Virus record (IMG/VR): IMGVR_UViG_3300011862_000003
Reading direction: 5' to 3' (one strand)
Source of the DNA: an uncultured virus (IMG/VR IMGVR_UViG_3300011862_000003)
Taxonomy: Duplodnaviria; Heunggongvirae; Uroviricota; Caudoviricetes
Length of the DNA stretch: 64,000 nt
The stretch's first letter is position 1, and each line of letters opens with the position of its first letter. This document shows positions 10,351 through 19,900 of this stretch, one piece after another. The position numbers and the translations under genes were made by a program. Under the pieces are notes generated by a model. It saw only the letters and a list, made by a program, of their open reading frames with translations. It was not told the origin of the DNA and did not search any database.

Positions 10351-10494
10351 TTAAAGAGGGCCAGTACGCTCACGAAGAGTATAATGGCAAGAAGGAGTAA
10401 GTTCAGCAGTACATCGTTTATTTTCTTTATAAGCTATAACACCTAAACCAATAAGAGTTATGATAAGACCTAAGATTATATATCTGTCATTCAT
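10351..10494 (-). CDS. 47 aa membrane-anchored peptide (MNDRYIILG...), not in ORF track
   Basis: Overlaps upstream stop; GGAG RBS; TM segment. Confidence 0.55.
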   Translation of the reverse strand: MNDRYIILGLIITLIGLGVIAYKENKRCTAELTPSCHYTLRERTGPL

Positions 10495-10669
10495 CTGATT
10501 TCTCCACTACTTTACAATTATAAACTTCATTTGTATCTGGATTGAACTCACAATCTATATCAATATCTAATATAAATTTACGATCCTGAACAGGAGTAGA
10601 ATTAACTAATACCATTGCATTAGTAACAGAAGTTGAAATACAAATAATAAAAATTACTATGAGTTTCAT
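10487..10669 (-). CDS. small secreted protein
   Basis: Signal-peptide-like N-terminus; ATGA overlap. Confidence 0.6.
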   Translation of the reverse strand: MKLIVIFIICISTSVTNAMVLVNSTPVQDRKFILDIDIDCEFNPDTNEVYNCKVVEKSDE

Positions 10670-10875
10670 CGTTTAACCTTAAGTACTTTCATGAGATGAG
10701 AGAAAATTGTATATACAACATTTAGTATAACAAATGTACAAACCATAGTAAGAGCTAATAGAAATACCATTTCAATAACATGAATTTCATCACATTTAGC
10801 TACACGTGTTACTAGATTTAAAAACCAATAAGCTAATAAGATTTCTAATACAGTATATTGAGGTTTAATTAACAC
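10666..10875 (-). CDS. small membrane protein
   Basis: Two hydrophobic segments; GGAGG RBS. Confidence 0.55.
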   Translation of the reverse strand: MLIKPQYTVLEILLAYWFLNLVTRVAKCDEIHVIEMVFLLALTMVCTFVILNVVYTIFSHLMKVLKVKR

Positions 10876-11132
10876 GGGAGAGCCTCCAAGATATTAGCAA
10901 CAGAACTATAACCACCAGCAGTCATACGGTAACCAGGATGTTTCTTGTAATTAGTATGAGTGGTATGGTTAGTGAATTTAGTAAGAGACACGATAATATC
11001 GTATTCATGTGCATTACTTACAGGTTTATGATGCTTTGATTGATCATCCAATACATCAATAGCCATCTCAGTATAACGCTGACGAAGCTTATGAGAATGT
11101 TCTCTTCTTAAACCAACAACTAAAACTTTCAT
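10869..11132 (-). CDS. DUF2325-like small alpha/beta protein
   Basis: KVLVVG ... DIIVSLTKFTNH pattern; GGAG RBS. Confidence 0.55.
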   Translation of the reverse strand: MKVLVVGLRREHSHKLRQRYTEMAIDVLDDQSKHHKPVSNAHEYDIIVSLTKFTNHTTHTNYKKHPGYRMTAGGYSSVANILEALPC

Positions 11133-11155
11133 GTGTTTCTCCAATGAGATAAGTA

Positions 11156-11202
11156 ATTAATACACATATAGGAACCGTATAGATTCCTATAAATTTATTA
11201 AT
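11156..11202 (-). repeat. AAUU/UGUG element, copy 5
   Basis: ATTAATA AATT TATAGGAA T C TATAC G G TTCCTATA TGTG TATTAAT. Confidence 0.9.
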
Positions 11203-11593
11203 GACGACAAACTTTACGATACATAATAGTATCTAATTTAGATAACGGCTTGACATCCGTAGCTTTAATACCTTTCTTAGTTAGATCAGTATAAGAACTT
11301 TTTCCAAAATAAGGTACTTTGTGAATGCCAAGTTTAATAATCATCTTTTCGTTACATTCAAGTGCAACATAATCACTCTCCAATGAATATTTCTGTTTAC
11401 CATTAATAAAGAATTTAGTAGTACTATAATAGGCAAATCCATCATAGTGTTTAACTTCCTTAGGTCGATAGTATATCTCTTTATCTGCTTCTTTAGTTAC
11501 AAGAACAAAGCCTTCCTCCTTTAATATCTGTTGAGGAGTTTTAGCTCCCGCAATAGTAGATACTAAGAATAAAGATACTATTAGATATTTCAT
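11198..11593 (-). CDS. secreted/periplasmic protein (start moved to MKYLIV)
   Basis: Signal peptide MKYLIVSLFLVSTIAGA; two Cys that could form a disulfide. Confidence 0.7.
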   Translation of the reverse strand: MKYLIVSLFLVSTIAGAKTPQQILKEEGFVLVTKEADKEIYYRPKEVKHYDGFAYYSTTKFFINGKQKYSLESDYVALECNEKMIIKLGIHKVPYFGKSSYTDLTKKGIKATDVKPLSKLDTIMYRKVCRH

Positions 11594-11651
11594 AGCCATA
11601 GCCTTACAGTTAATACACATATACCTACTCATATGAATAGGCATAAATTTA

Positions 11652-11861
11652 TTAACGAGTGATACTAAATGTTGGAGCATGAATACTGTCAACAAATAAT
11701 TTACGAAGACGAGGTGTACGTCGATTTTTATATACGTCCTTTGATACTGAATACACAGCACCTATAACATCATCTTTAAGATAGACTTTACCTGTTTCTG
11801 AGTAAGGTGGAAGCTTAACCATCTTACCATTTAGTAAGACTAGTAGTTTGATCATTTTCAT
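11652..11861 (-). CDS. hypothetical protein
   Basis: ATGA overlap with upstream gene; AAGGTG RBS. Confidence 0.6.
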   Translation of the reverse strand: MKMIKLLVLLNGKMVKLPPYSETGKVYLKDDVIGAVYSVSKDVYKNRRTPRLRKLFVDSIHAPTFSITR

Positions 11862-12073
11862 AGATCACCTTTCTGTACAGCAGATTCAAAATAAGAGTAT
11901 AACCAATCATAAAAAGCTTTAGGAGGTTCTTTCTTAACTTGAGTGCGTACCTCTTTAGTTGCCCATTTATTGAAGTGAGACTTAAACATGGCATCGGGCC
12001 ATTGCTTTCTATAACCACGTTCATATTGAACATAGAGGCAGTAAGCATAGAAATCAGATTCAGAGAATATCAT
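11858..12073 (-). CDS. hypothetical protein
   Basis: ATGA overlap; AGGAG RBS. Confidence 0.65.
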   Translation of the reverse strand: MIFSESDFYAYCLYVQYERGYRKQWPDAMFKSHFNKWATKEVRTQVKKEPPKAFYDWLYSYFESAVQKGDL

Positions 12074-12723
12074 GAAGCAATCTCCTGTTGATATACTACT
12101 TTAAAAAATTTAGGAATATCGTATAACCATTCATGAGGATTGGTATAGATAAGTTTATTTTGTTTAGAAGCATTAATAGATACAGGTAAGCATTGAAAAT
12201 TATTCCAAACATGTAATCCACAAACAGTAGAATTTTGAAGAGGTATCATATGATCAACATGCCATTTAAAACTGAATAAAGATTCTCTTAATTTATTTAA
12301 AGACACAGCTTCTGTAAATACAAAATCAGTTAATTCACTTGAAATACTCATATTCGCACATTTTCGAATAGCGTGTCTTTTACTCATGTAAGCTTTAATT
12401 AAATTCGGATTATCTTTTCTCCAACGCATTGTACTTGCTTTAACAATTTCTGGAACACGTTTACGTCTACGTTTAGCTTTTTCATTTATCTTATCTGGAT
12501 TAGATTGTCTCCATTTCTTATTTCGAACAGCAACCTTTTCAGGATTATCTTTTTGCCATTGGCTCTTCCAATTGTTTCTATACTCTGCGCAGAGTATACA
12601 TAAGCAATCGCTATTTGAAATTTGTCTCGGAGATATAAAACCTCTTTTACAAATAGAGCCACTAAAATAAGTTTTAAAACCACGCTCTTTAGCTATAGCT
12701 CTAGGAATAGGTACAAAAAACAT
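12070..12723 (-). CDS. HNH homing endonuclease
   Basis: WHVDHMIPL...CGLHVWNNFQCL...NASKQN; N-terminal Cys pairs and W-x-x-x-NP repeats; GAGGT RBS. Confidence 0.9.
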   Translation of the reverse strand: MFFVPIPRAIAKERGFKTYFSGSICKRGFISPRQISNSDCLCILCAEYRNNWKSQWQKDNPEKVAVRNKKWRQSNPDKINEKAKRRRKRVPEIVKASTMRWRKDNPNLIKAYMSKRHAIRKCANMSISSELTDFVFTEAVSLNKLRESLFSFKWHVDHMIPLQNSTVCGLHVWNNFQCLPVSINASKQNKLIYTNPHEWLYDIPKFFKVVYQQEIAS

Positions 12724-12748
12724 AATAACCTCTACAACAATAAAACAA

Positions 12749-12793
12749 ATATACCACATATACTACCCATATAGAGTAGTATAAATTGTATAT
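12749..12793 (-). repeat. AAUU/UGUG element, copy 6
   Basis: ATATAC AATT TATACTAC T C TATAT G G GTAGTATA TGTG GTATAT. Confidence 0.9.
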
Positions 12794-12803
12794 CTAATCT
12801 TCT

Positions 12804-13034
12804 TTACTTCTTAGCGTCTTCACGACCATGTTCATATCCCAGATCAAATATAGAACTATGATTAGAATTAAGACCATCTTTAATTTTCTTAACACCATTT
12901 TTACCATCAAGATATGCCATGTCGTAGACACTACGCTCTTGTTGGCAAACTATACAAGGATGCAATCTCTTTTTACAATTAGAACAAGAGAAACTTACAA
13001 ATCGTTTACCATGCACAATACGAATAGAAATCAT
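12804..13034 (-). CDS. small zinc-binding protein
   Basis: CSNC and CIVC motifs; GGAGG RBS. Confidence 0.65.
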   Translation of the reverse strand: MISIRIVHGKRFVSFSCSNCKKRLHPCIVCQQERSVYDMAYLDGKNGVKKIKDGLNSNHSSIFDLGYEHGREDAKK

Positions 13035-13035
13035 C

Positions 13036-13314
13036 TTAATCCCCTCCAGTTAATTCATCAGGTGATATACGAGTACAATTTTTACAACGACTGTCAGGAA
13101 ATAAATATGGAACAACAGTACCACATTCATAACATTCAAAATGATTGGGTTCAAATTGTTGCACCCACACAAGAGCAGCTTCAACATGAGTAGAAGTATA
13201 CTCAAAGTCTGCATTCTCTTTTAAATACTTAGTAAGATCTTCTTCATTTCGTAAGCTCTTATTATTAAGTACAATATCACAGATTCTATAATAAGAATGA
13301 CTAGTTAGAGCCAT
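13036..13314 (-). CDS. zinc-ribbon protein
   Basis: CYEC...CKNC; AAGGAG RBS. Confidence 0.7.
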   Translation of the reverse strand: MALTSHSYYRICDIVLNNKSLRNEEDLTKYLKENADFEYTSTHVEAALVWVQQFEPNHFECYECGTVVPYLFPDSRCKNCTRISPDELTGGD

Positions 13315-13324
13315 TGTATTCTCC

Positions 13325-13537
13325 TTAATCTAATTGAATATACCCAGCTGGAAGTTTAATACCTTTGTAGAAATGATCTTTAATTACACGATCTACAATA
13401 TTACCAGCCTCATTTTGATATTCCCATTCAGAAATATTAACTTGATAACAAGCACTAACACCATAATCAGAACCATCTTTCTCTAACTCTGATTCAGTAT
13501 TAATGTAATCACCTTCCATTAAATATAAAGTAATCAT
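13325..13537 (-). CDS. hypothetical protein
   Basis: AGGGA RBS. Confidence 0.65.
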   Translation of the reverse strand: MITLYLMEGDYINTESELEKDGSDYGVSACYQVNISEWEYQNEAGNIVDRVIKDHFYKGIKLPAGYIQLD

Positions 13538-13549
13538 AGTTTTCCCTAT

Positions 13550-13606
13550 GTTAAATAATCCACATATAGCATCTCATATAGAAATGCTATAAATTGATTA
13601 ATTAAC
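13550..13606 (-). repeat. AAUU/UGUG element, copy 7
   Basis: TAATC AATT TATAGCAT T TC TATAT GA G ATGCTATA TGTG GATTA. Confidence 0.9.
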
Positions 13607-14083
13607 TATAACTGTATAGTCACAATTAATACAATTATAATACTCATAATAAGCTGAGCAGTGACTGAATGTTGTACCATGACCACAACGAGCACAACGG
13701 AATGTCTCTTGACCTTGATTAAGGCGATAGAGATTATCAACATCTTCCTTAAGTTTCTCTGGTATTTCATTATAAAATACAAAAGGTGCTTCAAGATTTA
13801 ACTCTTTACAAGCTTCTTGTAAATCATCAGTGAAATATACACCTTTTTTTTCTAAGTCTATAAGATGATATAGCCTTTCATTAGACAATACATCTTCATT
13901 AAACTTATTAAAGAAAGCTTTCCAACCATCCATACGAGCAGGAAGATAGTTTGCTGGATCTTGATTTGTATTCCAAAGAGGGTGGAACATATATAGATCT
14001 ACATCCCCAGCTGAACGATCAACTGAACTCATATACCATTCTCTTGCAATAGCTTCTTCTAGCTCATTTAGTTTAAAAAGCAT
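13598..14083 (-). CDS. protein with C-terminal zinc ribbon (start moved to MLFKLN)
   Basis: CARC...CINC; AGGAG RBS. Confidence 0.7.
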   Translation of the reverse strand: MLFKLNELEEAIAREWYMSSVDRSAGDVDLYMFHPLWNTNQDPANYLPARMDGWKAFFNKFNEDVLSNERLYHLIDLEKKGVYFTDDLQEACKELNLEAPFVFYNEIPEKLKEDVDNLYRLNQGQETFRCARCGHGTTFSHCSAYYEYYNCINCDYTVIVN

Positions 14084-14109
14084 GACATATCTCCTGTTCT
14101 TTGTCATTT

Positions 14110-14166
14110 TTAATTAACCACATATACTACCTCTTACTATGAGAAGTAGTATAAATTGTTAATTAA
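14110..14166 (-). repeat. AAUU/UGUG element, copy 8
   Basis: TTAATTAAC AATT TATACTAC T TCT CATAGTA AGA G GTAGTATA TGTG GTTAATTAA. Confidence 0.9.
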
Positions 14167-14447
14167 GGAATGAGAGCATAAACTGCTTCCATCGCTTTGA
14201 AGTTGCCCTCACAAGGTGAGACAGTCTTGTAGTATACATCACTATCCATATCAACAACGATGTAGATATCACCCAGTTCAGGATGACGACCTATCAATGT
14301 TAGCTCCCCATACTCTTCTTCAAGGACACGGAGTAGGTCTCCAATATCCTTTAGAGGCTTACCATCCAAATCTGAACAGTAATCTTGACCTTTATCTTCA
14401 AATGGAAGTACATCAGTTAAGAATTGGATAGCTTCTTGCTTGTTCAT
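14163..14447 (-). CDS. hypothetical protein (start moved to MNKQEA)
   Basis: AGGAG RBS. Confidence 0.7.
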   Translation of the reverse strand: MNKQEAIQFLTDVLPFEDKGQDYCSDLDGKPLKDIGDLLRVLEEEYGELTLIGRHPELGDIYIVVDMDSDVYYKTVSPCEGNFKAMEAVYALIP

Positions 14448-14478
14448 TGTATTTCTCCTATAGAAAATGAACGTATAT

Positions 14479-14532
14479 AAATAATCCACATAAGAGATCA
14501 GATCTTGACCTAATCCCTTAAATTGATTATTT
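14479..14532 (-). repeat. AAUU/UGUG element, copy 9
   Basis: AAATAATC AATT TAAGGGAT T AGGT CAAG ATCT G ATCTCTTA TGTG GATTATTT. Confidence 0.9.
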
Positions 14533-14760
14533 CATTGATAAATAGTTATCCCATTCATCAAATATACCGTCTGTATTAGGTTGAACATCTAATACATGAG
14601 TACGGTCTTTGTTTAGAAGATAGCAAGTAATACCTTCTTTAGTATCATAGAGATCTATAACATAATACTGATTACGGTATTCCTCATTATCCCCATCATA
14701 GCCTTTAACGCTATTGTGTAGGGTAAATCCCCATTTACTGAGGAAGTCCATTAATGTCAT
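14527..14760 (-). CDS. hypothetical protein
   Basis: AAGGAG RBS. Confidence 0.7.
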   Translation of the reverse strand: MTLMDFLSKWGFTLHNSVKGYDGDNEEYRNQYYVIDLYDTKEGITCYLLNKDRTHVLDVQPNTDGIFDEWDNYLSMK

Positions 14761-14788
14761 ATAGGTCTCCTTAAGAACCTTAAATTGA

Positions 14789-15100
14789 TTATTTAGTGAC
14801 TACACGTGTAACCATGATAATATGGCCTTTATCATTTCGAAGTGCAGTACTACCTGTATCAGGGGCAAAAGCTACACCAGAATATGAGCTATCTAATGCA
14901 TCTAGTACCATAGAAGATACTAGAAAATAACCAGATTCAGGAAGACCTGTTACTTTACCAGCTTTCCGAGAGATAACTGGAGTGCCACATGGTAGTACAA
15001 TTGGAAGTGCCTCTTCTTCCATCTCAACACGAGCAACTGTGCCTGATGGCTCGTAAACTACACCATTAATATTAATAGCATGAGGTGTTAAATTAATCAT
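14789..15100 (-). CDS. conserved-looking phage hypothetical protein (MINLTPH...)
   Basis: NLTPH...PSGTVARV...GLP...VSSMV...APDTG pattern recalled from phage hypotheticals; AGGAG RBS. Confidence 0.75.
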   Translation of the reverse strand: MINLTPHAININGVVYEPSGTVARVEMEEEALPIVLPCGTPVISRKAGKVTGLPESGYFLVSSMVLDALDSSYSGVAFAPDTGSTALRNDKGHIIMVTRVVTK

Positions 15101-15132
15101 GACATATCTCCTATAAGTGTCATTAAAAAGAA

Positions 15133-15182
15133 AATTAACCACATAAGGATACTACCGAAGTAATACCCTTAAATTGTTAATT
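15133..15182 (-). repeat. AAUU/UGUG element, copy 10 (cUUCGg loop)
   Basis: AATTAAC AATT TAAGGGTA T TAC TTCG GTA G TATCCTTA TGTG GTTAATT. Confidence 0.9.
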
Positions 15183-15377
15183 ATTCAGTGTATCAAGGAT
15201 ATATTGAACATCCCCTACACCATTGAAATTACTTCCATTATAGAAGACCATTCCAATCTTATGACCTTTATTATAGACAGTGGTCTCTGTCTTTTTCATC
15301 TCTTCGATGAACCCAGGGTAAATAGATAGTAATGTACAATTACCTGGTCTGTCTTTCAATACAAGACGTATAGTCAT
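15177..15377 (-). CDS. hypothetical protein (start moved to MTIRLV)
   Basis: AAGGAG RBS. Confidence 0.7.
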   Translation of the reverse strand: MTIRLVLKDRPGNCTLLSIYPGFIEEMKKTETTVYNKGHKIGMVFYNGSNFNGVGDVQYILDTLNN

Positions 15378-15400
15378 ACTGTTCTCCTTGAACATTGTTA

Positions 15401-15445
15401 AATAACCACATATGAGAGCTGCTTGAACTCTCATAAATTGTTATT
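15401..15445 (-). repeat. AAUU/UGUG element, copy 11
   Basis: AATAAC AATT TATGAGAG T T CAAGC A G CTCTCATA TGTG GTTATT. Confidence 0.9.
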
Positions 15446-15773
15446 CTACATGTGGCATCCAAGCTAATACTAGCTCTTCACCTGAGTCTTCATCAACGTG
15501 AAGAGAACCCAGATCTGTGACAGACACAATATGCCTATCCTCATTATTAATGGTAATAATGAAATCTAAATTCAAAACTGCAACCCAAACATCTGATGTA
15601 GTTCTGAATGGGTTAAGAATTGCATCTTTAGTCCATTCTTCAGATTTATTCACAATGGATGCTAAATCACAAAGTGTCTCATCAAATGAGAAAACTACTG
15701 GAACATCTGATGGTTTGTGGATTGATACATCAGATACTGGAGTCCAGTCGATTTTACCTTTAGATACTAACAT
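15441..15773 (-). CDS. hypothetical protein
   Basis: AGGAG RBS. Confidence 0.75.
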   Translation of the reverse strand: MLVSKGKIDWTPVSDVSIHKPSDVPVVFSFDETLCDLASIVNKSEEWTKDAILNPFRTTSDVWVAVLNLDFIITINNEDRHIVSVTDLGSLHVDEDSGEELVLAWMPHVE

Positions 15774-16053
15774 TTTTATCTCCTATGATAGTTAGTCTTC
15801 AGAAGTAATCCCGAGGTCTTCAGACCCCAGATGCCCACCTGAGCAAACACCCAAGTGAACAACACCTCAAGATGTGGCATGAACCAAATATGGAACAAAC
15901 CACACCATTCACTAATTGAAAAGCATGAGCGAGGAGCGACCTCACATGACAGTAAGATCGGCTTATCATCTCAATTTTATATGTACCAATACGATGCTTT
16001 TTGCGGTATTTGATACGGAGTTTTGACCGTAGCGTAGCGGAGGTCATACGGAG

Positions 16054-16845
16054 TTACGGAGTACAGCGAGCAATAGCTTCCTGAAAATAACCATTTACAT
16101 AATGAGCAACAGGAATAAAGAACCAGTGACGAGGCTGTTCATCCATTAACTGATTAAAAGAGTTATGTACTTCAATACAGAATTGCTTAGCTGCAGCTTT
16201 ATCTTGATTAGTTACAAACTCACCTTTGTACTTATTCCATACCGCTTTCACAACACCAGCAACATCCTCACGACCACGAGTAGCCTTTAATTGCAGCCCT
16301 TTCTTAATTTCATTCACAAAGAACTGGAAATCTACAGTAGGTACATCTTGTACAGGCATAACATCCATAATCACATAATCATTTAATGTATCCTCTGCTA
16401 CATAGATATTATCTGGCATTGGTGGTACAGGGATATCACGAATAGCTTGTTCCATATCTTCAGGAACCCATAAGTCTTCCATAGTAGAAGGACCTTCCCA
16501 AGATGATACTGGTTTAGGTGGTTCAATCTTCTCCTGAACTAAGTTAGGGTTAACAATATCATAGCGACGACGAGGCTTGACTTTAAACTTATCAAGCACT
16601 GCATTACGTTTAACTGGTCGAGACATTTGTTCTTTAACCTCAGGTAATTCAACCTTAGCTTTAGTATCTACAAAGATTTCGATACCAGCTTTAGCTGCTA
16701 ATTGCTTATACCCAACAATAGAACGACATGCAGCTGTATAAAACTCTACAGCATCTTTAAGTTTATTTAATTCCTCAGTTGTTGCTGATACAACACGGTT
16801 TAATACATTACGAGGAGCCATTGTACGAGAAGCTAAAATAATCAT
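16054..16845 (-). CDS. hypothetical protein directly downstream of the RNAP-like gene (start moved to MIILAS)
   Basis: AGGA RBS; the longer start overlaps a terminator. Confidence 0.75.
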   Translation of the reverse strand: MIILASRTMAPRNVLNRVVSATTEELNKLKDAVEFYTAACRSIVGYKQLAAKAGIEIFVDTKAKVELPEVKEQMSRPVKRNAVLDKFKVKPRRRYDIVNPNLVQEKIEPPKPVSSWEGPSTMEDLWVPEDMEQAIRDIPVPPMPDNIYVAEDTLNDYVIMDVMPVQDVPTVDFQFFVNEIKKGLQLKATRGREDVAGVVKAVWNKYKGEFVTNQDKAAAKQFCIEVHNSFNQLMDEQPRHWFFIPVAHYVNGYFQEAIARCTP

Positions 16846-16863
16846 GATAATAATCCTATTAAT

Positions 16864-16900
16864 AAAAGAAAAAGAAAAGGGCAAGCCAAAGCTCACCCTT
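16864..16900 (-). terminator. intrinsic terminator after RNAP-like gene
   Basis: AAGGGTGAGC TTTG GCTTGCCCTT followed by a U-rich tract on the minus strand. Confidence 0.75.
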
Positions 16901-16907
16901 ATTACTA

Positions 16908-19900
16908 TTAAACACTACCAAATGAACGAACTAATGCTTTAAGAATAAAAGCATACATAGATTTAGAATCAATACCATCAATTGCTGATGCATATGCACC
17001 TTCATAGTTGAATGATTCTTCTACCTTTTCTCCAGCTAGTTCCAATGCAAGTGCTTCAAAACGTTTTGAGTTATTAACACGAGCATTGAAGATATTATAT
17101 GCTGGCATGCTATTAGCTTTCTTAAGATTAGCACAGTAATACAGAGCTTCTGTCATTACCTCTGCTAAATCCATATCAACATCCCAACCTTCAGCAGTGA
17201 AGAAAGACATTAAACGTTCCTTAATAGCATTAAGAGTTGCATTGCGGTTTTGCTCTGCAGTCTTAGCACCTTGATCTTTAAAGCTATTTAAACGACCAAC
17301 AGCAATCATATCCATAAGGTTTTCTTTTGCAGCTTTACCGTTTTGCTTGATATTATCCATTGCTTCAACCTGACATAGGTAAGAAACAGTAGAGATAATG
17401 CGATGGCGAAGCTTGCTATTAACTTCTACAATAGCTCCTTTAGTTGTAATGAAAGATTGAACACCTTCAAGAATAGTTTCGTACACATATTTGGTAGCAG
17501 TATATTTACCAATGTTATCTTTAGCATTACCAGCGGCAAAGATAGCAGCTTGAAACTCTTCCATAGTTGCTTCATGTAAGTCACGTTCTTTACGAAGAGT
17601 ATTACCTGCACGTTCTTTCTCTAAGAAGTTGAGGAAAGACTTCTCATTGAATTGACCACGAGGACCACGGAATAATGGTAATTGATAACCATCATTAGTA
17701 AATTGATGTAAGTCACCATCACAGTCATTTTGCATGATCATGATAGTTTCTACACTCATAAAACATGCTTTACGCATGGCAAAGTTAACAATATCCGAAC
17801 CCATATCTGTTTCAAACATCATGTAACCAGCAAATGCATCCTCAAAATATGCAGGGTATTTAACACCATTTACTTTAAGAGAGCCAGGGAAAGTATATTT
17901 ATTACCTTCTTCGTCAGTAGGCATGAACATAGATCCATCAGTAACTTCTACCTCATATACTTCCATGTCTGGATTTAAAGAAGGTAGCATCAATTGATAT
18001 GTACCTACAGTGTATAAGTGACCAAAGTTCTTACCTAATAACCGAGACTGTAGTTTCGCTTGTAAGAATTTACCTTCACCATTAAGCTTATTAACTTGTA
18101 CTGAATAGTCTACAGAAAACTCAGTAGGATTAATATTAATAGCTTGTTTAACTGATTCCAAAACATCCTTTAAGAAACCAGTAGCAACAAATGATTTATC
18201 CGTTTCAATAGAGTGTAATGGATTGTACAAAAAGTTATGTGTTGGAACATAAACTTTAGTACCATTGAAATTGATTTCAACCCATTCAGCAGCTTTTGAT
18301 TCAGAGTCATGTTGGAACAGACCGAGAATACCTGAACGTAACTCAAGAGGATATGTAGCTACATCTAGAAGTAACTCTACTGAGTTTTCTTTAGCAGCAC
18401 AAATCATCATATTAGCGATATCTTTAGCATCTACACGAGATACAACATTGTAGTTAGATGTAAGATACTGAGCAGCTAATACTTTACCAGCACGACCTTT
18501 AGGCATGTTATCGATAACAGTGCGAATTAAACGAGTAACATGTTTATGACCTCTCCACATTACTGCAGTTTGGAATAAAGATGCTGTATGGCGAGTGATG
18601 TTCGCTTTCTCTTCAATGATTTCTTCTTCTAATGCTTGTTGAATATAATCAACCATAGAAAATGATTCATCCGCAGTAGCAAGTGACATAGCATAATCAC
18701 GGAAACCATTCGGAACCGATACAACACCTGATAAGTTAGAAGCACGTTCAAGTACTGAATCATTATCAGTATTCTCACCTGCCCATTGGTATTGTTCTAC
18801 CATAAGAGCATTTGTGATTTGTACTGGAATATTAACCCAAATACCTTTAAGTTCTTCACCTTGGAAGATTACTGTTTCAAGTAATCTCTCTTCAATAGCT
18901 TTACGATATGCTTTGATATAAGCAACACCTTCAGGATTTTCTTTCTTGTTAAATACAGTTAGAGATTTGAACTCTTTACCAAGAAGAGACAATAAACCTA
19001 AGAAACCACCCTTAAATGCAGCAGGTCCAATCAAACCACAACCTGGATATGCAGCTTCAAAATCAGAATCAAAGTGAGTACCAGCTTTAACACCACCCTT
19101 AAACATACGAGAAGTGATACGTGATAAACCATAACGGTCAAAGAACATCTCAGGAAGCATAGCACAACCAGTCATGAGAATATCGTTAGAACGAGGAGTA
19201 GTACCACAAGCTGGATCATAAGCAACGAAGAACTTGTAAGTACCTGCATGCCAACCATTGTTTTTCTCTTGCTTATCAGCACGAGCAATAGCTTTATTGA
19301 TATTCTCAATAGCAAATACTTTTCCACCTTGGAACTCAATCAATGCTGCAACATTGTTGATATCAGTTAAATAACCTGATTTAGCTTCTTGCAAAGATAC
19401 CATACCAGACAATTGACCATATACTTTAAATAAATGGTAAGCAGGATATGGAAGATCAACAAGTTTACCATTTAAGGTAATAGCTACAACTTTACGTTTT
19501 AACTCAGATACGTCATCTAGAAGTTTATCAAGATTGATCTTGTTAACTTTAAGCATAAAAATCTTGTTAAATACTGAACCAGCTACATCTGTAACATCTT
19601 CGTTATAAACAATAGTTACTTTACCATTGTCATCTGTAACAGGACGTTCATTGTGAAATACAACACGAGCCATAGTTTTCAGTACACCTGCTTTTACATC
19701 CACTGATGTGATACCTACAGAGCGATCGTTCTTAACAACATGTTGTGTACCATTAGTATATGTAATAACAGTACCTGCTTTAGCAGTTAGTACAACTGCA
19801 CCATAACGAACAGTAACACACACTGGTTGGTCAATTGATGGTACATAGATCAAGTCTAAGTTCTTATTGGAGTAAGACTTAGAAGAGATGATCTCTTCAT

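Noticed and set aside
4815..15445. Repeated elements as a CRISPR array or as intrinsic terminators
   Set aside because: They are separated by whole genes, are not identical repeats, have no cas genes nearby, and lack a U-tract after the stems.
4815..15445. CAATTT / TATGTG as sigma70 -35/-10 boxes
   Set aside because: The distance between the conserved boxes varies by about 9 nt and the spacer is a covarying hairpin.
15820..16047. 75 aa minus-strand ORF
   Set aside because: Weak RBS, atypical composition, and overlap with the GC-rich motif; more likely non-coding, though not excluded.
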